A stretch of 59,679 bases of DNA, filler included, from Nitrospirota bacterium (GTDB lineage Bacteria > JACPQY01), in the NCBI GenBank assembly GCA_016180645.1. It is 5 parts of 5 records of this genome, joined end to end, with 100 filler letters (N's around TTAATTAATTAA, not from the genome) between each part and the next. Parts side by side here need not be neighbours in the genome. Positions count along the whole stretch, not along the records: positions 1 to 11,288 come from JACPAV010000057.1; 4 more parts are not named here. One strand, written 5' to 3'. The position numbers and the translations under genes are program-made. Positions 1 through 8,000 of this stretch are shown one piece after another; position 1 is the first letter of the stretch, and each line of letters opens with the position of its first letter. The notes beneath the pieces were generated by a model that did not search any database, was not told the DNA's origin, and was given only the letters and a program-made list of their open reading frames with translations.

Positions 1-40
1 TTGGGTATGAAAGTAATACCGATAGATTGAAGGAGGCTCC

Positions 41-313
41 ATGGCGCAGATCATAACGTCTTCCGTCACAACGAAGGGGCAGATCACCCTGCCCAAGGAA
101 GTGCGCAAGAAATGGGGGATCCGCCCTGGACGCGATCAGGTGGGTTTTCGGCTTTCGCCGAGCGGCCGGGTGGAAGTGGTCCCGGTTCAGGTGGAGGAGA
201 GGCCGTGGAAATTCAGCAAGAGGGAATGGGACAGGATCGCCAAGCTGAGAAGGGAGCGGGGCAGGGTGTTCCGATCCGCCGGGGAGGCGTCGAAGTTCCT
301 TGAGTCCTTGTAG
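41..313 (+). CDS. AbrB/MazE/SpoVT-family DNA-binding antitoxin
   Basis: SVTTKGQITLPKEVRKKWGIRPG motif; RBS AAGGAGG upstream; stop overlaps the next gene. Confidence 0.85.
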   Translation: MAQIITSSVTTKGQITLPKEVRKKWGIRPGRDQVGFRLSPSGRVEVVPVQVEERPWKFSKREWDRIAKLRRERGRVFRSAGEASKFLESL

Positions 314-594
314 TGCAGTTTGAGTTCAAGCCTTCCTTCCTCAGACTGGTTGAAAAGCTCGGGCCGGGGGAGAGGAAGCGGAAGGTCGTCCAAGCCACGC
401 AGTCCCTCATGGTGGCCCTCGAAGAACGGACGCCGCCGGCTCCCGGCCTCGGGCTCAAGCGTTTGAGGGGGAAGTTCTGGGAGGTCAGGGCCGGCCTGGG
501 GGACCGTGTAATCTTGCACTGGGAGAAGGACGTGATTGGGTTCGTGCTTGTTGGCGATCACAAAGCCGTGAGGAGGTTCCTGAAGACGCTCTGA
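313..594 (+). CDS. RelE/ParE-superfamily toxin-like protein
   Basis: 93 aa with F.PSF.R...LGLKRLRGKFWEVRAG...RVI....LVGDH pattern; translationally coupled to the AbrB gene. Confidence 0.7.
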   Translation: MQFEFKPSFLRLVEKLGPGERKRKVVQATQSLMVALEERTPPAPGLGLKRLRGKFWEVRAGLGDRVILHWEKDVIGFVLVGDHKAVRRFLKTL

Positions 595-704
595 AAGTGA
601 GGCTGTATCCGGGGATCGAAGTTGGTAACGCGGAATTGCAGGGAGGGGATCACCCTACAGGCAATTCCGTTCCCTTCGGGAGAAGTAGCCCGGCGATACA
701 GGTT

Positions 705-730
705 CCGAATAGAGAAGTAAACGGAAGTCT
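705..730 (+). repeat. 26-bp direct repeat, copy 1 (copy 2 at 11072-11097)
   Basis: CCGAATAGAGAAGTAAACGGAAGTCT vs CCGAATAGATAGGTAAACGGAAGTCT, 24/26 identical. Confidence 0.75.
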
Positions 731-769
731 GATTTTGACTGCATCCGGCGGTCTGCGTACGCTGCGCGG

Positions 770-1750
770 GTGCGAAACACGATCCAACATGCCATCGACG
801 CCTTTCTGGACGAAATCCGGCTTCGGCCGTCGAAGGAAACACCGCATACGTACGCCTCGGCGTTGCGAGCGTTTCAACTTTTTCTACGAGGGGAGGGGAT
901 CGATCCGAGAAAATCGGCGCTCCAACGCCTGACGGTCGATCACTTCCTCGGCGTACCGCACTATCTCAAACGAGAGCATTTCCGGAAGCGCCCGAATGAT
1001 TACACGATTGCCACCTATCTGGCGGTCTACCTCTCATGGCTCAGGTTCCTTATCCGGCAGGAAATGCACCCGGCACTCGGTCGCGGAAGCGAGCGCATCC
1101 GCGCGATGTACCGCGGGCTCAGACCACGAGGTCGGCGCCTCCCCCGTGCGCTGACCGACAGGGAAGTCCGCATCATGGTGCGAGCCGCGTACGACCAGAC
1201 TTCGGGAAGAGACCGTCAAGCGAGAATCAAGCGCCTGCGGGACATTGCCCTTGTCCACACCCTGCGCTGCGCCGGTGGAAGAATAGGGGAGGTGGTAGGG
1301 GCAGTCGTGGAAGATTTGGATTCCAAGAACCGCAGTCTGCGCATTACGGGGAAGGGGAACAGGCAGCGGCTACTGTTCTTCGATCGTTTTGGATGGGACG
1401 CGCTGATGGCGTATCTCGACAAGCGTGGGAAGCGGGAACCCATCCGGTCTGCCACGCCGGCGCCCATCTTCTGCCGGCACAACCGGGGCAGCGGCGAGAA
1501 AATGCACCGGCTCAGCCAGCGAGGCGCCCGCAACGTCATCCAGGCCCTGGCGAAGGACGCCGGAATCCGCGAACGAGTGAGTCCCCATCGGCTTCGCCAT
1601 TTTGTAGGGAAGCGAATCCTCGAAAAAACCGGTGATCTGGCCGCGACCCAGGACCTCCTCGGTCATGCCTCGCCGGTGACCACGCGGATCTATTCTCATC
1701 TGGTCGCTTCGAGGCTCCGCGAAGCCCACCGCAAAGCCTTCCCGGAGTGA
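770..1750 (+). CDS. XerC/XerD-type tyrosine recombinase
   Basis: N-terminal SAM-like domain and catalytic set R (GGRIGE), K (GKG), HRLRH, LGH, TRIY. Confidence 0.93.
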   Translation: MRNTIQHAIDAFLDEIRLRPSKETPHTYASALRAFQLFLRGEGIDPRKSALQRLTVDHFLGVPHYLKREHFRKRPNDYTIATYLAVYLSWLRFLIRQEMHPALGRGSERIRAMYRGLRPRGRRLPRALTDREVRIMVRAAYDQTSGRDRQARIKRLRDIALVHTLRCAGGRIGEVVGAVVEDLDSKNRSLRITGKGNRQRLLFFDRFGWDALMAYLDKRGKREPIRSATPAPIFCRHNRGSGEKMHRLSQRGARNVIQALAKDAGIRERVSPHRLRHFVGKRILEKTGDLAATQDLLGHASPVTTRIYSHLVASRLREAHRKAFPE

Positions 1751-1821
1751 TCCGACGCAGACGGGATACGCAGCCTGGCAGCGATCAACGCGGGGTTGGG
1801 CTCCGGACGGGCAGGGGTTTT

Positions 1822-1837
1822 CTTTCTATATAGAAAG
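1822..1837. promoter_or_regulatory. perfect 16-bp palindrome, putative operator
   Basis: CTTTCTATATAGAAAG, 15 bp upstream of the 1853 start in a GC-rich context. Confidence 0.5.
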
Positions 1838-1852
1838 CGCTATCCTTGAACC

Positions 1853-2266
1853 ATGGCGAGAAAGACCTTCCAGCGTTCCCTCGGCGCGCACTTGCCGACC
1901 GGCACGACACAGGTTGTCTTGTTCATACCCGGCTTGGATCGTGATGGGCAAGCGATCGACCAGGCTCGTTGGCGAAACTCGGCCCTGGAAACCCTCGGGC
2001 GTCTTTTCCGAGGGGCAACGGCTTTCCCACCGTCGGAGGGGGTCTGGCGTGACGACGAGAGAGCGGGAAAGCTGCTCTTTGAATCGGTAGTCATGGTGCT
2101 TTCCTACGTGAACCCCGCGGACCTCACTGGGAAAGCGCTCGCGGAGCTCAGGAGATTCCTGCACGACTTCGGACGGGAGACGAACCAGGGGGAGGTAGGT
2201 GTAATCGTTGGTGGGTCGTATTACGGTATTTCCCGGTACGATCCCGCCCAAAGGATAGGGAGGTGA
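1853..2266 (+). CDS. hypothetical protein (small alpha/beta, DUF3574-like pattern)
   Basis: LF.GAT...GVWRD...ES.V...F...TNQ.EV pattern; operon with the 2271 gene. Confidence 0.6.
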   Translation: MARKTFQRSLGAHLPTGTTQVVLFIPGLDRDGQAIDQARWRNSALETLGRLFRGATAFPPSEGVWRDDERAGKLLFESVVMVLSYVNPADLTGKALAELRRFLHDFGRETNQGEVGVIVGGSYYGISRYDPAQRIGR

Positions 2267-2270
2267 CACA

Positions 2271-2594
2271 ATGACCAAAGCACGGAACGAGAAGCAATCA
2301 GCGATAGGGGCCCAGCTCGGTGCAAACCGGGTAGTCAGCCTCGGACGGTCACAATCCCAGGGCCCTCTGGATTGGGTCCTGCTTGGCCAAGAACTGGCCG
2401 GGCGGCTGATCCCGGTCGGCGGCAGGCCGAGCGATCCGGCATGGGACATTCAGCGATTGGTGCCCTTCAATTCCAAGACGTGGACGAGGCTGAAGAAACT
2501 GGCGACCAGGCTCAGCAGATCGGGTAGGAAAGTCAGCCCGGCCCAGCTTGCCTCCAGTCTGATCGAAAGGGAGTTGGGGCGGCTGCGAACTTGA
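2271..2594 (+). CDS. hypothetical protein, possible C-terminal ribbon-helix-helix DNA-binding domain
   Basis: RBS GGAGG; IQRLVPF (strand) - TWTRLKKLA (helix) - SPAQLASSLIE (helix). Confidence 0.55.
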   Translation: MTKARNEKQSAIGAQLGANRVVSLGRSQSQGPLDWVLLGQELAGRLIPVGGRPSDPAWDIQRLVPFNSKTWTRLKKLATRLSRSGRKVSPAQLASSLIERELGRLRT

Positions 2595-2791
2595 GTGCTT
2601 CCCGACCGAAACGGCTCCGCGCAGCGGCCAAGGTTCCGGTTGGTCGAGATCCTGCAAAAGAATCAAGCAGCCAACCGATTCATGTCTGTCGCGCTGTGCA
2701 GGTGAGGGCAGCGGTTTCAGGAGGCCCGCTTGACACGCGGATGAATAGTCGGGAGGATGTGGGCGGATGAAATGGATCCACGAGGTAAACG

Positions 2792-3250
2792 ATGAAGACA
2801 CACGAACTCCTGGTTGAGCTTCAAAGGCTCAAGGCGGTCAAGGGCGTTTATGACGCCGTCTTGCAAGCTGCAACAGGCGAGGTTGCCGAGCGAAGCTGGG
2901 GCAGGCGCACGCGGGAGAAGGGCGAGGAGGTCCAGAGGCTTCATCCGAAGCTCAACCTGAACGATATCCGCAAGAAACGCGAGGGAGTGGTGGCCGCCAT
3001 CCGCAAATTGGAGGGCCAAATCCGGGACGCGAACCACCGGACCGGCGCCGCCCCTTTGCTCAAGCGCGCGGCCGAAATTGACACGGACCTGAAGGAGCGT
3101 ACGGCCCGGCTGACGAGCGCCGTACACTATTTCAAATCGGACGGCCGGCCGAAGGACGACCCGATGGAGATCGTCCGTGAGATGATGACGCTCAACGACG
3201 AGCGGGCGAAGCTCCGAAAAGAGTTGCAGAAGCTCAACTTCGCCGGATGA
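2792..3250 (+). CDS. DIP1984-like coiled-coil protein, apparently circularly permuted
   Basis: two helical-hairpin halves ending IRDANH and LQKLNF; the P.DDP.E motif lies in the second half; RBS GAGG. Confidence 0.6.
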   Translation: MKTHELLVELQRLKAVKGVYDAVLQAATGEVAERSWGRRTREKGEEVQRLHPKLNLNDIRKKREGVVAAIRKLEGQIRDANHRTGAAPLLKRAAEIDTDLKERTARLTSAVHYFKSDGRPKDDPMEIVREMMTLNDERAKLRKELQKLNFAG

Positions 3251-3257
3251 ACAATTT

Positions 3258-3454
3258 GGGGACGGTCCCTACGGAGTGCGTTCGATTCTTCCCTGAGACT
3301 CAACCGGGGACGCATTCTTTACGCCGAGATCACCGGTGAGAGCCTTAGATGGCGCTGCCCAGAACGGCAACCCCCTTATCGGTTGTTTGTTATCGGTTGG
3401 CGCTGATTCGTAATCGCACTGTTGATTGTTGATTATTCGGCGGGACCGATCCCC
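3258..3454 (+). ncRNA. candidate structured RNA downstream of the DIP1984-like gene
   Basis: closing stem GGGGACGGTCCC (3258-3269) / GGGACCG-A-TCCCC (3442-3454); inner AGTGCG/CGCACT pairing; repeated TTATCGGTTG and TGTTGAT; no convincing ORF. Confidence 0.5.
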
Positions 3455-3504
3455 GTCCCTATTGAAGCCGCACCCTCCCTTCCAGTCCCGGGCGAGGGCT
3501 CAGG

Positions 3505-3582
3505 CCCGTCACCACGCGGATCTATTCTCATCTGGTTTCTTCGCGGCTCCGGGAAGCTCACCGTAGAGCCTTCCCGGACTGA
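3505..3582 (+). pseudogene. orphan second copy of the recombinase 3' end (PVTTRIYSHL...AFPD*)
   Basis: 68/78 nt identical to 1673-1750 by manual alignment, with a 26-nt perfect core. Confidence 0.9.
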
Positions 3583-3617
3583 CACCACAGTCCGTGGCCC
3601 GTAAAGCGGGCCGTGCA

Positions 3618-4901
3618 TTACTCCAGCAACCTCGCCAAGGGAATGGCGAAGACACCCTTTTCGATTTCAGCCCACTCCCGCCCGTTGTAGGCCAGAATCG
3701 CCGCTCCGCAATTCTTGTGGGCATCTTTGAACGCCATGAGACCGGCGACGGAAGCGTTGTCCCATCTGGATGACCCCTTGATCTCCAACGCAAGCGTGTG
3801 TCCTTTCCACTCGATCACGGTATCCACCTCGTATCGACCTTGGACGTGCCAGTAGTAGACCCGAGCCCCCGGCAGCATCGACGACGCCATCGCCAAGACA
3901 TTCTGCATGACGTACGTTTCGAGCAGGCGCCCCCAAAGCCAAGTGTCACCCGGTCCCGTCTCGACGTCGACGCCTGCCAGATACGCCGCCAGGCCGGAAT
4001 CGGACAGGTAACATTTCGGGGACTTGATGAGCCGGGCTGAACGGCTCCGGGCATAGGGCGGGATCTCATGCACGATGTGCGAAAGGACCATCAGGTCCAG
4101 GTAGCGGCGCGTCGTCACATGGTTAAGGCGGGCGTCTCGACCGACCTCGGTCAGGTTGAGGATGCTTCCCGTCCGCAGGGCCGTCAGGTGCAGGAGTCGA
4201 CGAAACGGAAGCAGGTCCGGCAGCTGACGCAACTCCCGGAGATCGCGCTCCAAGTAGGTCTGCTCGAACCCACTGAACCAGACATCCGGCTCCGCAGCAT
4301 CCCCTAAGACCACCGACGGCATGCCGCCCCGCAAGATCTCGGAAGGGGCGACTATTCCCTTCCGCTCCGGTATGCGAGCGCACAAATTCCTGATCGCCTC
4401 TTCTTGGCCGCTCGAACCCTTGCCGCCGCCACCCTTCCCCAAGGCCTTGATGATCCTGATCAAGAGCGGTTCTTCCTTTCCGCCGGATCGCACTTCCGAC
4501 CGGGTGAACGGGTGGAGCGTGAGGTAGACGGCTCTGCCCGCCAATGAATCCGAGACGTTCCGCATGAGGAGGAAGTTGGCCGAACCGGTCAGGACAAATT
4601 GTCCCGGCCTGCGGTGTTCATCCACCTCCCGCTTGATGGCGAGTAGGAGCTCGGGGCACCGCTGGGCTTCGTCTATCGTGAACCGCTCCGCCCGCCGAAC
4701 GAAGTCCTCCGGATTGCGCCGCGCCGCTTCCAGATGGGCGAGATCGTCTAGGGACACGAAAGCCCGCCCCTTGAAAAGCGGATCCATCCTCACGAGGGTG
4801 GTCTTGCCGGCCTGTCTCATGCCGCTGATCACCACCACTGGCATGCTCTTCATCGCCCGTTCCAGAGCCGGAACGAGGAGGCGGGACTTATAGGGAGTCA
4901 T
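3618..4901 (-). CDS. AAA_14 ATPase with DUF4143 and C-terminal PD-(D/E)xK-like domain
   Basis: GMRQAGKTT Walker A, IDEAQ Walker B, LTGSA, SLAGR, KSPK.Y..DSGL, EVD...EIK. Confidence 0.92.
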   Translation of the reverse strand: MTPYKSRLLVPALERAMKSMPVVVISGMRQAGKTTLVRMDPLFKGRAFVSLDDLAHLEAARRNPEDFVRRAERFTIDEAQRCPELLLAIKREVDEHRRPGQFVLTGSANFLLMRNVSDSLAGRAVYLTLHPFTRSEVRSGGKEEPLLIRIIKALGKGGGGKGSSGQEEAIRNLCARIPERKGIVAPSEILRGGMPSVVLGDAAEPDVWFSGFEQTYLERDLRELRQLPDLLPFRRLLHLTALRTGSILNLTEVGRDARLNHVTTRRYLDLMVLSHIVHEIPPYARSRSARLIKSPKCYLSDSGLAAYLAGVDVETGPGDTWLWGRLLETYVMQNVLAMASSMLPGARVYYWHVQGRYEVDTVIEWKGHTLALEIKGSSRWDNASVAGLMAFKDAHKNCGAAILAYNGREWAEIEKGVFAIPLARLLE

Positions 4902-4909
4902 GATTGAAC

Positions 4910-4938
4910 AGTATGAGTTCCAATTCAGTACATGTCAA
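4910..4938 (-). promoter_or_regulatory. sigma70-like promoter, probably leaderless transcript
   Basis: TTGACA-17 nt-CATACT, ending 8 nt before the ATG at 4901. Confidence 0.6.
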
Positions 4939-5054
4939 GAGTTTCGCTTCCGGCCCTATAACCCAGAGAGGATGTGCCGTCACACACGGCCGGTCCCCCG
5001 AGTCCGTGATTTACGGCACAGACGGAAAGTGGTAGGTATGGTAGGGGGTAAGAG

Positions 5055-8000
5055 ATGGAAAGGAACATGTTCAAGCGTGTGCGGGGCTTGGGCATCGCAG
5101 TAACCCTCACCCTGTTCGCGACCTCCTGCCAGAAATCCTCGACTGGTACAGGCGCGGCTACGACCACTGTTCCCGAAGACGGAATCCCAATGACCGTGGC
5201 CATTCCGCTCACACCAGAGCAGGCCACCGCTCTCACCGGCATCAGCGAGATGAGCAGGATTGACGAACTTTCAAGAACCGACGAGATGTCGCGCGTGGAT
5301 GAACTCTCCCGCGTTGACGAAGGAATACGCGGTGTCGCACTCGACATCGAAGTGGACGGCCAAGCCATCGGGCAGGGAATACGTGGCTCGCTCAAATCCG
5401 GTGTTCGCGGCGGCATCCGGGGCGTGGAGCAATCGGGCGTCAGGGGTGCGGAAGCGGGAGGCATACGCGGCTCCCCACGTCGTCAAGCCGACGAGCCGCT
5501 GTTTGTATTCGAGGCGACCTTCTCCTTCCCCATCCATCTTGCGCGCGACGGCGACCAGAGCGTCAGGACAAAAATGCGTTCAACGGAAAACCCGAACGTC
5601 GAGTTCTTGACCGTCACCACGCAGGTGGAGGTGAAACCCACGTCGGATGGCGGAGTGGCTACGCAGGTGGCCGTTTCGGACAACGCCATCAATCTGAGTC
5701 AGGTGGACCTGAAGGATTCAGGAGACGGGGTTTCCGTACTCACCAAGGTGCTGGTCGCGGGTGTGGATGCCGCTCTCGACCCGTCTACCAAAGTTGACGA
5801 GGCCTCGGTGAAAGCGGTTTACGAGCAGTACGCGCAGAAGCTCGAACAGACCATGCTGGCGCAGGGCTATTCCGTGACCGTGGACGTGTCGCACGTCGAT
5901 CTCACCCCACCGGATACATTCGTGAGCCGTGAGCCTTCAGCCGTAAACAGCGTTGTGTTCAAGTTCACGTGCAACGAGACCTACTGCACGTACCGCTGCT
6001 CGCTTGAGGGTTCCACCTTTGCGCCCTGCTTAAGCCCCTTCACGCCCGCGCCCGCTCCCGGCGAGCGGACATTGCGCGTCGCGGCCTCCGACAAGTTGGG
6101 GAACACCGACCAGACCCCGGCTTCCGTCACGTTCTACTCGGACACCACGCCCCCCGAAGCCATTTCCATCACCATCGAGAACGGGGCGGAGTTCATCAAT
6201 AGGACGCTCGTGAACGCAGCCGTCAAGGCGACCGACGACAATCCGATGGAGATGCTGCTCGCCCAAGACACCGGCTTGTTCGAGGTGAAGACGGTTATTT
6301 GGGTTCCGTATGCGGAACAGACGAAGTTTTCCATGCCGACCGGGGACGGCAAGAAGACCGTCTACGTGCAATTCCGGGACAAGGCGGGCAACCGGAGCAA
6401 GATCATCTCGGATGACATCATTCTCGATACCAAGCCGCCGGATACGACGGTCACCTGCCCGCCATCGCTCACCAATGCCAACACCGCCTCCATCGCGTTT
6501 GCATGCACGAATAATTCCCCCTCTCCCCTTGCGGGAGAGGGCGGGGGTGAGGGGTGCTCCTTCCTCTGCCAACTCGACACCGGCACCGCCGCCCCATGCA
6601 CCAACCCCGTGGCCGCCGCGAATCTCGCCGAGGGTGCACATGCCTTTGAAGTCAAAGCCAGGGACAAGGCGGGCAACATCGACACCACCTCCGCGACCTG
6701 TTCGTGGGTCGTTGATACGACGCCGCCCGACACGGCGATTTCCACGGCTCCGGCAAGCGCGACGAACTCCACCAGCGCGAGCTTCTCGTTTACTTCTCCC
6801 GATACGGGAGCGGCCTTCGAGTGCGAGCTTGATACGGCAGGCTTCGCCGCTTGCGTAACCCCGAAGGCGTATACAGGTCTGGCCGCAGGTTCGCACACGT
6901 TCAAGGTTCGAGCACGGGACGCCGCAGGTAATGTGGATGCAACTCCCGCGACCCACACATGGACCATCGATCTGACGCCGCCCACTGTAGCGATCAGCTC
7001 TCAGCCGTCAGCGGTCAGCAACGCGACGTCTGCGACGTTCACGTTCACGTGCAACGAATCTTCGTGCACGTTCACGTGCAGCCTCAATGCCGCCGCTCAC
7101 GCAGCCTGCACATCCCCCAAGAGCTACATAGGCCTCGCCGATGGCTCGCACACATTCGAGCTCAAAGCCACGGACGCCGTTGGAAACACCTCCTCAGCCG
7201 TCTCTTACACGTGGACCATCGACGCGACGGCTCCTTCCGCGCCCGTAGCCGGAAACATCACGGTCACTCAGAACGCCCCCGGCACCGCCGACACGATCCA
7301 AGGCCCGGCAGGATCGGTGGAGGGATCAGCTATTGTGAAAGTATGGGCCGATGCGCTTCTCACGAGTCTACTCGGTCAGGGTACGGCCTCCGCGAGCGGT
7401 ATTTTCGGTGCCATCAGCATCGGCGACAACACCAGTGCCACGGTCTACATCACCGCCACCGACGCCGCCGGGAACCAGTCCTCTTCCACCAGCAAAACGA
7501 ACGACATTACTCCGCCCGTACTCTCGCTAACCAATGTGGAAGGGGACGGCACTTCCCCGTATGTTGACACGGCGAACGACGCGAACACGGACATCGCGAT
7601 CTCTGCCGGCGAGGCGACCTCGTGCAAATGGGACACTACCGACATCGCCTACGGGAGCATGGCGAACACGTGCACGTCCACAAGCCTCTGCACGGTCACG
7701 GGCGCTACAACCGATGGCACCAGTTATACGAGATACATCTCCTGTGTGGACGCCGCCGGAAACTTCAACTCCGCGACGAACAATCTGGACGTTTCATGGA
7801 CCAACGATTGGAGTCCGCCCGCTATCTCCATCACCAACATCGAAGGCGATGCGGCAGCAACGTACTACGACGCCGTGAACGATACGAATACGGACATCGC
7901 CATCTCGCCTTCCGATAGCTCGACCGTGACCACCTGCAAGTGGGACACGACCGACGTCGCCTATGGTTCGATGGCCAATACGTGTACGTCCACGAGCCTT

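Noticed and set aside
770-1750. Integron integrase IntI
   Set aside because: No IntI-specific insertion recognised and no attC sites found by eye.
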